A stretch of 53,010 nt of DNA from a virus (Duplodnaviria; Caudoviricetes). The stretch spans positions 1-53,010 of the IMG/VR virus record IMGVR_UViG_3300048881_000349. One strand, 5' to 3'. The notes under the pieces are model-generated. The model was not told the origin of the DNA, did not search any database, and saw nothing but the letters and a program-made list of their open reading frames with translations. Below are positions 37,911 through 47,127 of this stretch, piece after piece. A program made the position numbers and the translations under genes. Position 1 is the stretch's first letter, and each line of letters opens with the position of its first letter.

Positions 37911-38337
37911 TGTTGTCTCCTGATTCGATTTCGCTGGCTTGTTGGCGGAGGCGGTTGGCTCTCGCTGTGAGTATCCCCAGGTGATGACCGTCAAGGTGAT
38001 GGTAATTGACATGAAGCCACTCAACCGACGAGTCCACATCGTCTGCCTCTTTGCGGAGAAGCCATGCATCACCGCCGGACTCGTTCGCTTTAACGATCAA
38101 ATCATGCATCTCCTTGCTTAAGCTTCCGGCATCTTTCAGGGCCACAGCACAGTCGTATAGAGCCTCGCGCCGCATCTCGGCCCGCGCCTCGGCTTGCTCC
38201 AGTTTTTGGCGGAGGGCGGCGATTTCGGACTCTGCCCACTGTATCCATTCACCCTTAATAATCGCTATCTCTGCTGCGGTAGGAGCCCTGTTCTGTTGGT
38301 CACAGTGTCTCACTGTTGCACTTTTAAAATCACTCAT
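37903..38337 (-). CDS. Hypothetical coiled-coil protein (Ead/Ea22-like region)
   Basis: Coupled ORF in left operon. Confidence 0.65.
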   Translation of the reverse strand: MSDFKSATVRHCDQQNRAPTAAEIAIIKGEWIQWAESEIAALRQKLEQAEARAEMRREALYDCAVALKDAGSLSKEMHDLIVKANESGGDAWLLRKEADDVDSSVEWLHVNYHHLDGHHLGILTARANRLRQQASEIESGDNNE

Positions 38338-39080
38338 ACACCATCCCCCTGTTCAGGCGGCTGCGGGCGGGTTAGGCCGGTGGGTTTCCACCATAGTTTT
38401 GCGGGGCCAGTTTGTTCCGAGAACATCTCAACAAACGCCGCGCTATTTCTGGCAATGTGCATTTTACCGTTTACATCTTCCAAGCAAGTCCAAAGGTCGT
38501 GGCGCTCATCTTCATCCTTCTTGGTCGGCAACCAATCCGCGCAGCTAACCCACTCGTCAGCCTGGGGCGCGGCGGGGGTGGAGGTTTCCGGCTTGGCAAA
38601 TTCATGAACCGGTAGAGCACCTTCTTCCATCACTTCGATGCAGCTGATGTTCAGTCCGTGAGACTCGTTGCCGCCGTCGTCAATTATCGGCCCCACCCAC
38701 AAAACACCCTCTCCAAAGTCGTCTTGTCCTTCGTCCCAGCCTGTGACAGTTACGATGTTTGCAATGTCTTCAAATGTAAGATTTATGCGCTGCGGGATTA
38801 AATCGAACCCCGCCGGCACTCCCTGAGGCTGGGGTGGGTGGGTGTAGAGGGCTTTGGTTTCGCCCCCGTGTGTTTCCGCATACCTGTGCGCCCTCTCTTC
38901 CTCGTCATTGAAGAAAAGAACGGAGCTGCCAGGGCACTCCGTCAGCCAAGCCACAACCTCCCCACCCTCCTGCTCGCGGGCTGCTTGCCATGCGCACCAT
39001 GCGGCCTTCTTAACTTCCCTGTCTTCGTCGTCGTAGTGGCGGCTTTCCCACCAATCAATAAACGCCTCTCTATCACTCAT
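38334..39080 (-). CDS. Mosaic Eaa/DUF551-like protein
   Basis: REAF..W...AW.AWQAA, PVAW/LYTHP-type and WVSC.D.LP...WW modules. Confidence 0.7.
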   Translation of the reverse strand: MSDREAFIDWWESRHYDDEDREVKKAAWCAWQAAREQEGGEVVAWLTECPGSSVLFFNDEEERAHRYAETHGGETKALYTHPPQPQGVPAGFDLIPQRINLTFEDIANIVTVTGWDEGQDDFGEGVLWVGPIIDDGGNESHGLNISCIEVMEEGALPVHEFAKPETSTPAAPQADEWVSCADWLPTKKDEDERHDLWTCLEDVNGKMHIARNSAAFVEMFSEQTGPAKLWWKPTGLTRPQPPEQGDGV

Positions 39081-39231
39081 CCCCATCACTCCCCATCTCC
39101 ATCTCTGCCGCCGCATCCTTATCCGCAGCCGCACGTATCAATTCAGGATCGCTGATCACGATTCCGGTTTTGTCGCAGTCATCCAGGGCTTCCCACTGGC
39201 GGCGGAAGTCGTCTTTGTTGTGTGGGTTCAT
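39073..39231 (-). CDS. Hypothetical protein (52 aa)
   Basis: Own translation MNPHNKDDFRRQWEALDD...; AGGAGG RBS; overlaps both neighbours. Confidence 0.55.
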   Translation of the reverse strand: MNPHNKDDFRRQWEALDDCDKTGIVISDPELIRAAADKDAAAEMEMGSDGDE

Positions 39232-39566
39232 GCTGCCTCCTGCCGTTTCTGGTAAAACTCTGCCGCTCGCCGCTCCAGTCGCTTTTGTTGCGCAAGGGCA
39301 ACTCTTCGGATGTTGATGCCGTTGCGCTGTGCAATGCTCTTGAGTCGATACTTCGGCATCTCGTCACGCAGCGCGGCATTGTATTCATCGCGGAGACGCT
39401 TGATTTCGACGTTCTCCTCGTCGGTGAGGCTGGCCAGGGCGCGAATCTCCGACAGCCATACAGCGGTGGTGCTGACGCCGAAACGGTCGGCCAGAGTCTC
39501 CAGCGAGCGCTCACGCAGATACGCCCGCCAGTATTCGCGTTGATCAAGATCGGTATCGAGGCTCAT
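39228..39566 (-). CDS. HTH-containing protein
   Basis: SLETLADRFGVS and LKSIAQRNGIN HTH-like segments. Confidence 0.65.
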   Translation of the reverse strand: MSLDTDLDQREYWRAYLRERSLETLADRFGVSTTAVWLSEIRALASLTDEENVEIKRLRDEYNAALRDEMPKYRLKSIAQRNGINIRRVALAQQKRLERRAAEFYQKRQEAA

Positions 39567-40024
39567 GCGCACTTCCTCCAAGACCTGGTAAGCCACTGCA
39601 CTGCCGGGCACAGATCGCGGGGCAGCTTGGCGTTTTCCGCTTTCGGCACCGCCGAGTTCTTGCGGGTCCGCCGGTGAATGGCGCTCAGTTCGTCCGCGAT
39701 ACCGGCCTTCTTGATCGCGCTGCGCAGGGTCATTTCGCAGCACCCAAAGCGGCGGGCGATGTCGCGGCGGGGAACGCCGGCCTCAGCCAGCGCTATCAAC
39801 TGCTTGATCATCCCGGCGTTCAGGGCAAAGGCGTTCAGCTTCTGGTGATCCCTCGGAAACAGGCGGTCGATTTCGTCGATGATTCCAAGCCGTTCTGCAG
39901 ACTGGTCGATCCACCGGTGACTGACGCCGAGCTCTACCGCAGCATGCGCTTTCGGTATGCCCTGAGCAGAGCAGGCGCGGAGGTGGGCCATCTGGTCGCT
40001 GGTTAGGTCTCTGCGGGCTGTCAT
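39563..40024 (-). CDS. Tandem-HTH protein
   Basis: GIPKAHAAVELGVS and GVPRRDIARRFGCC repeats. Confidence 0.65.
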   Translation of the reverse strand: MTARRDLTSDQMAHLRACSAQGIPKAHAAVELGVSHRWIDQSAERLGIIDEIDRLFPRDHQKLNAFALNAGMIKQLIALAEAGVPRRDIARRFGCCEMTLRSAIKKAGIADELSAIHRRTRKNSAVPKAENAKLPRDLCPAVQWLTRSWRKCA

Positions 40025-41052
40025 GCGGCCTCCCGCTGACGAATCACCTCAACGGTATCCAGCGTCTTGATGCCGGCCTTTTCCAGTACCCGGCGCAACT
40101 CTGCCTCAATGGCGGCATCGGTAGTGGATGCGGTCACGTTGACATTGAAGGTGCATTGCACAGTGACCGGCACGCGGCCAGGCTGCGCGGGCTCGGGCTC
40201 CGGCTTGCTGGCTTCCGGCTGCTCCTGTGCGGCTTCCTGGTGGGGTTCATCGAGCACGGTACGCTGAGTCTCGGCCTGTGCCGCTGCTGCCCTCTCGTCG
40301 CGCTCTCGCTGACGCTGTGCGGCCTGCTCTTTCTCCTGCTGCTCTCGCTCCATCTTCGCCCGCATGGCATTCTGCGCGACTTCCTCGCGGCCCAGCTCGG
40401 ACTTCATCAGCGCATCCAGCTTCTGCTGATAGGTTTCGTCCTCATCGAAAAGGAAGTGCTCAACGTGGCTGCGAGTGAGCGGGGCGGACAGGCCGGCCTT
40501 GTAGCTCTGATTTTCCAGCTTCAGCAGGCGCATCTCGGTCTGGTCCTGCAGGGCCTTGTCGGCGTTCACGCGGGCTTCGATCTTGCCCTTGGCGCCGGCC
40601 GTCAGGTTGCCCTTGGCGGTGACCGCAGACAGGTTCACCAGGTCATCGAACTGAGCCCGCTGGAATTCCTCGGTCACGCCGGCGTGACTCCACATCTCGT
40701 CACGCATTGCCCGCAGAAGATCGGCGGCCTGCTGGCGTGTCTCGTCCTCAAACTTCTGCACCTGTTCGAGAAGACCCTTGCGGCCAACGTCAATCATCGC
40801 TTCCAGTTCTTTCATGCTGTCCTTGAACTGGTTGGCGCCCGCCGTGGCCCGGTCGTACTCTTCCTTTTTCCGCTTGGCGATCTCGGCTTTGGTCTTATTC
40901 AGCTCCGTGGCCAGGGCCTTGGCATCCTTCACCGTGTCCTGGGTAACCACCACGTTGTATTTCTCAAGCTCCGTGGCCAGGTGCTTTTTCAGTTCCTCGA
41001 AGTTGACTTCGACGAGGGCCGGGGTGTTGTTGATGGTGATGAGTTCTTGCAT
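40021..41052 (-). CDS. DUF1351-like coiled-coil protein of the recombination module
   Basis: VNFEELK..L...LEKY...VT...VKDAK...ELNK N-terminus. Confidence 0.7.
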   Translation of the reverse strand: MQELITINNTPALVEVNFEELKKHLATELEKYNVVVTQDTVKDAKALATELNKTKAEIAKRKKEEYDRATAGANQFKDSMKELEAMIDVGRKGLLEQVQKFEDETRQQAADLLRAMRDEMWSHAGVTEEFQRAQFDDLVNLSAVTAKGNLTAGAKGKIEARVNADKALQDQTEMRLLKLENQSYKAGLSAPLTRSHVEHFLFDEDETYQQKLDALMKSELGREEVAQNAMRAKMEREQQEKEQAAQRQRERDERAAAAQAETQRTVLDEPHQEAAQEQPEASKPEPEPAQPGRVPVTVQCTFNVNVTASTTDAAIEAELRRVLEKAGIKTLDTVEVIRQREAA

Positions 41053-41061
41053 GACGATTCC

Positions 41062-41895
41062 TTAAAAAATGTTCAACTCAGCTTCAGGCTGGTCTTCATG
41101 GGTTTGGCTGGAGGGAGCCCATACCTCGGCAGGCTGCTCCAGAATTCGCTCGCGGTATTGCTCAACCATGCGGTCAAACTCGACAAGATCCGACTCCATT
41201 TCCTCGATATAGTCGTCGTCGCGCTCTACCCGGTGGATAATCAGTTCCTTGTTAGCTGGGGCTAGGTCAGGGCAGTACAGGCAGAAGTGCCACCAGTTGC
41301 GCCCGGTCAACCACATGCAACCCTGCACCTGGTCCATGAATTCGCTCAGGTCACCATCGAATAGGATTGAGCGAATGCGCTCCGGGGCTAGCAGGCACTT
41401 GTATTCACTGCCGCCGTCATCGTCGATTAGGCCGTCAGCGCTGGCGCCGAACTTGCCGTCCTCGGTGACCACGAAGCCGGCCCGCTCAATCAGCATCCCG
41501 ATTCGGGACTCGTGCAGATCGCGAGCCTCTGGCTCAAGCTCGTTGCCTCTGCGCATTTGGTAGGTTGAGAAGCCCTCATCCAAAGGCTTCCCGCTGATTC
41601 GCTCGCAGGCCAATCGGAAGGCGTAATCCTTTGCGGCGTCGCTGTACTCACCAACCTTCTCGCCTTTAAGGGCTCTCGCTACGGTTTCCGAACTAGGCGC
41701 AGCTTTGTAGCCGGCTATCTGCTTCGCCTCTTTGGTTTCCTTGCCCGACAGGATTGCGTCCACATATTTTGCCTGCTGGTCGGTCAGGCCATTAACCAGT
41801 TTGCGAACAGTTGAGAACATGCTGGCCGTGATGACGCCACAGCGAGCCTGGTGCCACTCTGGCCCGCCCTGGGCGCACGTAATTACCCGGATCAT
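41062..41895 (-). CDS. YqaJ/lambda-type exonuclease
   Basis: QG..EW..AR.G.ITAS, RGNELEPEAR, GASADGL, EYKC, QVQGCMW. Confidence 0.92.
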   Translation of the reverse strand: MIRVITCAQGGPEWHQARCGVITASMFSTVRKLVNGLTDQQAKYVDAILSGKETKEAKQIAGYKAAPSSETVARALKGEKVGEYSDAAKDYAFRLACERISGKPLDEGFSTYQMRRGNELEPEARDLHESRIGMLIERAGFVVTEDGKFGASADGLIDDDGGSEYKCLLAPERIRSILFDGDLSEFMDQVQGCMWLTGRNWWHFCLYCPDLAPANKELIIHRVERDDDYIEEMESDLVEFDRMVEQYRERILEQPAEVWAPSSQTHEDQPEAELNIF

Positions 41896-42677
41896 TTGCC
41901 ACCTTCCTGCGCTGTCTGCAGCTTCTTGAGGTGATTGAATGCGGCGTCAAAGCGGGTTTTCTTGAGCTCCGGCACAGATTCAATGTGCGCCTTTTCGCAG
42001 ATGTAAGCGGCATCCTTGCCTACCTGCTCCGCCATGTTCAGCAGCGTCCGGCATTGCGCTTGCGTGATCGTGTCGCTCTGTGGTGGCGCGGATTCAGGGG
42101 TTGCGCCTTCGCCATCGTCGTCCTGATCCTCAACAGCCATGCCAGTGGCGGCCAGCAGGGTATAGCGCTGCAGGTATGTGACCGTGGAGCCTACGGCCTG
42201 AATGCCGTTCTTGCCGCCTGAAGGGTCTGGCGGTGCCTGCAGTGCGGTGCTCTTTGAATGCCCAGCCTCATGGGTCAGGACGCACTCAACGCGGATGATG
42301 CCGGATTCCGTCTGGTTCGTATCCCAACTGTAGGAAATGCCGTGCTCGCCCAGGGCGCTGCCAATTACGTCGCAGATGTGGTCCAGCGATGCATGGTCGT
42401 AATTGGTGCGCTTTCCGTTATGCGTGTAGTCCACCGTCTTGTTCTTGGTGATCTTTGGCGGATTGGCCTTGAAGGCATTCATGGCTCTGATGAACGCTTT
42501 CTTTGCCTCGCCAGCCTCCCAGCGCTCCTGTAGGTCCATCAGCTTTTCAAGCTGAACCATGTCGGCGCCACGCTCTACGGCCAGGGCCAGCATCTGGTTT
42601 GGCGTAACATTGGCCGACGGCAGGTGCGCCACGTTCTCGTCACGCTCGACAATTTGTTGCTTCTCTGCAGTGCTCAT
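41892..42677 (-). CDS. erf: ERF-family single-strand annealing protein
   Basis: GSTVTYLQRYTL...G....DDDG signature. Confidence 0.9.
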   Translation of the reverse strand: MSTAEKQQIVERDENVAHLPSANVTPNQMLALAVERGADMVQLEKLMDLQERWEAGEAKKAFIRAMNAFKANPPKITKNKTVDYTHNGKRTNYDHASLDHICDVIGSALGEHGISYSWDTNQTESGIIRVECVLTHEAGHSKSTALQAPPDPSGGKNGIQAVGSTVTYLQRYTLLAATGMAVEDQDDDGEGATPESAPPQSDTITQAQCRTLLNMAEQVGKDAAYICEKAHIESVPELKKTRFDAAFNHLKKLQTAQEGGK

Positions 42678-43045
42678 GCCGCATCCCTTTTCGATTCTTC
42701 AATGATTAATTTGGTGATGGCCTCAAAATCCATCCGCCCCAGCACATCCTCCACCGCCTTGCTCCGGCACTCTTTCAGAATCCGCACGGCTTCCAGTGCG
42801 TCGGTATCCAACAGGGACAGGGCCAGTGCCAGTTCGTCGTGACACAGGTCATACAGCGCCTCGGTCACGTCCTGCTCGCCTGCGTGCTGCCACTTAACCG
42901 CCCATGGCCGGACTTTCTCGGGGTAGTGCCAGCGCTCAAGATTCAGCAGCTTCTCTCTGCATTCCTGCTCGGCCCGCTCAACCGCAATGGCCAGTTCGCC
43001 ATCGGTGTCCAGTTGTTTCTGGTATTGATTGGCTGTCATATTCAT
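42674..43045 (-). CDS. Hypothetical protein
   Basis: GGAGG RBS; coupled. Confidence 0.7.
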   Translation of the reverse strand: MNMTANQYQKQLDTDGELAIAVERAEQECREKLLNLERWHYPEKVRPWAVKWQHAGEQDVTEALYDLCHDELALALSLLDTDALEAVRILKECRSKAVEDVLGRMDFEAITKLIIEESKRDAA

Positions 43046-43293
43046 GATTGAGCCTCCAGTTCTGCCAGCAAGGCATCAGCGCAGGCCACAGCTTCCCTTG
43101 CAGTCAATTCCCAATCTTGTCCGTCGCCATAAAAAGACAGGAGCCCATGCATGGCGGTTTTGGCAAACTCTTCCCGCCTCGTAAGCCCGAGACATTCAAA
43201 GTCGTTATTGCCAAACTGGAACGGTTGCAGCTCGCCAGAGTCTCGGTTTATGGTTGCTCTGCATGGTTTTGCAGGCTCGTTGGCGTAGCTCAT
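43042..43293 (-). CDS. Conserved phage protein (GLTRRE.FA..AM.GL motif)
   Basis: Motif plus A...ADALLAEL; AAGGAGG RBS. Confidence 0.75.
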   Translation of the reverse strand: MSYANEPAKPCRATINRDSGELQPFQFGNNDFECLGLTRREEFAKTAMHGLLSFYGDGQDWELTAREAVACADALLAELEAQS

Positions 43294-43303
43294 ATCTACC
43301 TCC

Positions 43304-43540
43304 TTAAAGCAGGTCGCAGTCACAGGATTCTTCGCCGCAGAAATAGCACTCGCGGTCCGGCTCATCGTCTCGCTCAAGCTGAACCCAGTTCACTTCCGGC
43401 TCATCTATTGGGTCCAGGAAGTCGCAGTTCTTGGCAAGAATCTGATGGATGCCCTGCTCAATGGCCTCATCCTCGCTGTCTGCTTCAACGACAGCCGAGA
43501 CATTGATAAGAAAGTTGGCGTTGACCTTGTACTCACTCAT
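43304..43540 (-). CDS. Hypothetical protein with C-terminal Cys cluster
   Basis: VEADSEDEA motif, CYFCGEESCDC. Confidence 0.65.
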   Translation of the reverse strand: MSEYKVNANFLINVSAVVEADSEDEAIEQGIHQILAKNCDFLDPIDEPEVNWVQLERDDEPDRECYFCGEESCDCDLL

Positions 43541-43736
43541 TGCAATTCCCCTCAACCAATTCCCGGTCCATCCGCTCAAGCGCCAGAGCCAATCTCTTGC
43601 TGTGCGCCTTTACGCGGTCCTTGTACTGAGCCACCAGGTACATCGTGACCACCATGCGTCCATATAAGTGCATGGAGTGATCTGGCAGCTTCTGGCATTC
43701 CTCGCGGAACTTTGTGGAGCTGGGTGTGTGGGTCAT
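43533..43736 (-). CDS. Hypothetical protein
   Basis: Coupled ORF. Confidence 0.65.
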   Translation of the reverse strand: MTHTPSSTKFREECQKLPDHSMHLYGRMVVTMYLVAQYKDRVKAHSKRLALALERMDRELVEGNCNE

Positions 43737-43984
43737 GCCGCCACCTGCTCACGTTGTGCCAGGGCTTCCCGGTACATTGCTTCCAGCCGGTGGCGGATAT
43801 TTAGAGCGTCTTTGAAGTCGTAAGCTGTCCAGCTATCGGTAATTTCTTGACGACTCCAGAACATCACCCATACCAAAGTGCCGCCCTTCCTCGGGAAATC
43901 GACAGACACGTCAGCAATGCCGTGCTCACTGATCGCTTCCACCAAGTTCAAGATCCGCAACTTCTCCTTCCGTAGCTCGTTCAC
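43733..43984 (-). CDS. Hypothetical protein (paralog of 43981-44247)
   Basis: Shared NL...ISE and IRH.LE.M motifs. Confidence 0.65.
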   Translation of the reverse strand: MNELRKEKLRILNLVEAISEHGIADVSVDFPRKGGTLVWVMFWSRQEITDSWTAYDFKDALNIRHRLEAMYREALAQREQVAA

Positions 43985-44247
43985 GCCGCCACCTCCATTC
44001 CCAAAATCGGCAACTCACACTCAGCAATCATCTGCTCAAGTTCATGCCGGATCAGTCGGGCTTTTGCCTCAACCGCATCGCTGTCAATTTCCAGTGTCGC
44101 TGCGTAGAGGGTTTTGCCAGATTCGTCTACGGTAATCTCGACACTGCGCGTGTCCCAGTTGAATCCTGCTTCAGCCTCGGCTGCATAGCTTTCGCTGATG
44201 TGCAGGATCAGGTTGAATAGCTTTTGGAGTTCGGATGGCTGTTTCAT
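43981..44247 (-). CDS. Hypothetical protein (paralog of 43733-43984)
   Basis: Start MKQPSE coupled to upstream stop. Confidence 0.65.
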   Translation of the reverse strand: MKQPSELQKLFNLILHISESYAAEAEAGFNWDTRSVEITVDESGKTLYAATLEIDSDAVEAKARLIRHELEQMIAECELPILGMEVAA

Positions 44248-44795
44248 GCGGCCTGCTCCTTCTGTTCGACAAGTCCGGCAGCCTTGATGCCGGACTGAAC
44301 GGCCTTGATGACACGGCACAGATATTGGTATTTCGGGTTTGGCTTTTCAGGGATGCAGTACCACCAGTCGTCACCAAAAACCTCTTGCATCAAAAAGCCG
44401 TCAATCTGGTCCGCGCCCTCTACCTCTTCCAGCTTGTGGCACTGGTCGAACAACTCCCTTGCTTCGACTTTGCTCAGATCGCCATCACGCCGGAGGCAGA
44501 AAACCTCTTTCCTTGCCTTTTTTGCCAGACCGTCATAATTGGGAATGGCGCCGCTAACACTGCTTAGCTTCTTGGCTATGTAATGCTCATCGCATCGGCA
44601 AAAGAAGGTGGCAATATCTCGCCGCCCCATAGCCGGCCAGAAGGAGGACCATGACTCACCGAAACACTCAATGATGATCTTTCCCCTGCTCGGTCCAAGG
44701 TCCTCAAGAATCACCGATACCGGGTCCAGTTTGTAAGGCTCGACCATCAGGTCGGTCAGTCTGAGCTTCCGAACAGTTGATAGCTCCACGTTCAT
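44244..44795 (-). CDS. Conserved phage hypothetical protein
   Basis: LDPV.V.LED...GKIII.C.G.SWS.FW.AMG...Y.YLCRVI.AV pattern. Confidence 0.75.
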   Translation of the reverse strand: MNVELSTVRKLRLTDLMVEPYKLDPVSVILEDLGPSRGKIIIECFGESWSSFWPAMGRRDIATFFCRCDEHYIAKKLSSVSGAIPNYDGLAKKARKEVFCLRRDGDLSKVEARELFDQCHKLEEVEGADQIDGFLMQEVFGDDWWYCIPEKPNPKYQYLCRVIKAVQSGIKAAGLVEQKEQAA

Positions 44796-45067
44796 GCCGC
44801 CACTCCCGTATAACGCGCCATCCGCTGCTCATACTCAGCAATGCGCTGGTCGTTGTGTTTCGCTGCAAGTCCGGTGAAAAAAGGCTCGACAGCTTTCTGA
44901 GCCAACGGGGATCGCAACGCTTTGCTCTTGAGTCGGGTCTGTGCCCGATGAAACTGTGCGTCCAGAAAATTTGGGGCGACAGTGTTCTGCCCCTTAAACG
45001 ACGCTTTCAGGGCATTGCTCTTGATTAGCGCTTGGGCGCGGTGGAATTGGTAGTCGAGGTGGTTCAT
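44792..45067 (-). CDS. First gene of left operon, with internal repeat
   Basis: GGAG RBS; LDYQFHRAQ / LDAQFHRAQ duplication. Confidence 0.7.
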   Translation of the reverse strand: MNHLDYQFHRAQALIKSNALKASFKGQNTVAPNFLDAQFHRAQTRLKSKALRSPLAQKAVEPFFTGLAAKHNDQRIAEYEQRMARYTGVAA

Positions 45068-45103
45068 TGGTTGCTCTCCGCAATTTGCGTAACCGATGAA
45101 CAA

Positions 45104-45144
45104 AACATAGCAATGCTATAAGTTAAACGCAATAGCAAAGCTAT
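45104..45144 (-). promoter_or_regulatory. pL promoter with two repressor operators
   Basis: Minus strand TTGCGT-N17-TATGTT; palindromes ATAGCAATGCTAT 45107-45119 and ATAGCAAAGCTAT 45132-45144. Confidence 0.85.
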
Positions 45145-45162
45145 AAAAAAGTTTGAGGGCAC

Positions 45163-45188
45163 AAAAAAAGCCCACACGCGGCGGGCTT
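45163..45188 (-). terminator. cI terminator
   Basis: Minus strand AAGCCC..GGGCTTTTTTT. Confidence 0.75.
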
Positions 45189-45213
45189 GGTAGGTTATTG
45201 AGGTGAGTTCAGG

Positions 45214-45954
45214 TTATCGGTAACTGACCGTCTTGCTGATCACGACGCCGCAGATCACGGAGTCTTCCGGCATTTTGAAGATCCGATCCGGCCAATTCGG
45301 GTTCAGCGCTTTCAGGTAATACCGGCCGGCCTCAATGATGAGTTGCTTAAACGTCGCCTCGTTGTCCGCATTCACCCGGACCACGACCAGGGAGCCGTTC
45401 TCTGGGGCTACCTCGGGGTCAACGTGGATGATGTCGCCATCATCGAACGACGCTCTTTCGCCTGGGTTGTGCATTGATTGGCCAACGACCGTCAACGCAA
45501 ACGTTGTTTCACTGTGTGGTACTGGGCACAAAATCCATCTCTCCGCGTCGCCTACTGCATACAGGTCAACGACTTCGTGCCAGGCCCCGGCTTGAACCCA
45601 TGAGATCAGAGGCACTTTCCCTAACTTTCCTGACGCGTCGTTCACTTTTTCAGAGTCCAATTCTGTCGCATTCGGCAATAGCTCTGCAAGAGTCGGACTT
45701 ATAGCTTTTGGTGGTACGTCAAAAAAACGGGCGAATTTTGCAACTGTTTTCAAATTCATCGGAATGTTGGCATTCATGTACTGGCCGACAGCGCCAGCGG
45801 TTGTGAACTCCATGTACTCGGCGATCACCTCATACGTCAGCTTTCGGCCTTGCGCCTTCCACTCCTTTTTCTTCTGCACATAGATCTGCTTCAGCCTGGC
45901 GGCTGCCTCTTTTTCCTCTGGCGTTAATGGGCGTCTGTCTTTCATGGCACTCAT
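45214..45954 (-). CDS. cI: CI-like repressor (HTH plus S24 autopeptidase)
   Basis: HTH; VPLISWVQAG cleavage site; GQSM and ATFK catalytic Ser/Lys; start 45954 or 45945. Confidence 0.95.
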   Translation of the reverse strand: MSAMKDRRPLTPEEKEAAARLKQIYVQKKKEWKAQGRKLTYEVIAEYMEFTTAGAVGQYMNANIPMNLKTVAKFARFFDVPPKAISPTLAELLPNATELDSEKVNDASGKLGKVPLISWVQAGAWHEVVDLYAVGDAERWILCPVPHSETTFALTVVGQSMHNPGERASFDDGDIIHVDPEVAPENGSLVVVRVNADNEATFKQLIIEAGRYYLKALNPNWPDRIFKMPEDSVICGVVISKTVSYR

Positions 45955-45958
45955 TTTA

Positions 45959-46030
45959 ATAGTCGCGCTATAAAGTGACGAACAGCACTGCAATTTTCTT
46001 CTTGCTCTAATTTTATAGCAATGCTACGTT
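45959..46030. promoter_or_regulatory. OR operators and pR
   Basis: ATAGTCGCGCTAT 45959-45971, ACAGCACTGCAAT 45982-45994, ATAGCAATGCTAC 46015-46027; TTGCTC-N17-TACGTT. Confidence 0.8.
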
Positions 46031-46058
46031 TAGCATCAGATATTGGGAGAACGCTGCA

Positions 46059-46253
46059 ATGACCAAAGTGAGCCTGAAGGAATACACCAAGGGGAAAACC
46101 CTGGCGGAGGTGGGCGAGGCAATCAATGTAACGCCTGGCGCCGTCTGGCAAATGCTTCGCTCGGATCGACAGATTGAGATCACGATTCACGACAGCGGTC
46201 TGGTTGAGGCCAACGAGATCAAGCCCGTGGGCCGAAGAAGTGCTGTCGCATAA
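46059..46253 (+). CDS. cro: Cro repressor
   Basis: Lambda-Cro-like: SLKEY...HTH...R.I.IT...G.VEA.EIKP; divergent from cI. Confidence 0.9.
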   Translation: MTKVSLKEYTKGKTLAEVGEAINVTPGAVWQMLRSDRQIEITIHDSGLVEANEIKPVGRRSAVA

Positions 46254-46263
46254 GGAGATAGCC

Positions 46264-46497
46264 GTGAACAAAGAACTCATAAAAGACGCCATTGGGATAC
46301 TCCCTGGTGGGCATGAGTACGACATGCGACCGCGTTACGACGCGGACACCTATATCGAGATTCTGAATCTCGCTAAAGAGATGGATATGAAGCCGAACGT
46401 TCTGTTGCGGCTTCTCACCAAGCTCCAGCTTCAGCGCATGCGTGATGAAGGTCGGGAGACAGTCATCAAATCCATTATTCGTCTCCAGAGCCAGTAA
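46264..46497 (+). CDS. Small ribbon-helix-helix-like regulator in cII position
   Basis: TAAGGAG RBS; MRPRYD..TY..I..LA...MKPNVLLRLL. Confidence 0.55.
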   Translation: MNKELIKDAIGILPGGHEYDMRPRYDADTYIEILNLAKEMDMKPNVLLRLLTKLQLQRMRDEGRETVIKSIIRLQSQ

Positions 46498-46530
46498 CTG
46501 AAGAGTCGGATCGTCCCTACAGGTGGATGA

Positions 46531-46719
46531 ATGAACATCACTTACACCAATGAAGAGGTGAGGGAGATTTTAGAGGCTCACAGGGACGGAGAAACCCTGG
46601 AGGAACTTGAAACAAGGCTGGCGGGGCAGTGGATTGAGCAGTGCCAGAAAGACGGCAAAGACCCTGCACAGGCAATTCGTGAGGCCGCTGCGTCCCTGAG
46701 AGGGACTAAGAGGGACTGA
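46531..46719 (+). CDS. Hypothetical protein
   Basis: ORF after cII-like gene. Confidence 0.6.
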   Translation: MNITYTNEEVREILEAHRDGETLEELETRLAGQWIEQCQKDGKDPAQAIREAAASLRGTKRD

Positions 46720-46854
46720 GCGGCCCTGGAAGCAGGGCGCATACGAAAGAGCGCGGGCGTGCAAAACCGTAACCGAGCAGCACATGTAAGCAGGGTGATA
46801 GCCCCTGACTCAGATCCCGGATGAGTGTGCGTACGCAGGTAGACCGCTCTTTTT
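46718..46854 (+). ncRNA. Multibranch RNA structure ending in a U-run (possible attenuator)
   Basis: GAGCGG/CCGCTC and GCGCATAC/GTGTGCGT closing stems, inner hairpins, TTTTT at 46850. Confidence 0.45.
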
Positions 46855-47127
46855 CATATGCGAATGCCGCAGAGAGAGCCCGTCCGCTTCGGCGGAATCT
46901 GAACTGACCGCGTGAGCTGCGGCAGGAATGTAGGGCCATAGAACGTCGTGCGTCGAGCCACCGGCGCCACGGCTCCACCCTGGGGATGGTGCCCAGGGCA
47001 CCCGGCACAAAAGATCACCGTTGGTGGTGGTTGACGTGTCCCCGGACGAGGGTAACCGGGACGCATCGTGAGAGGGCTCCCATGCATACGCGGAGCATGT
47101 GCCGGGTTCGCCCGCGTGAGTCCTCTC

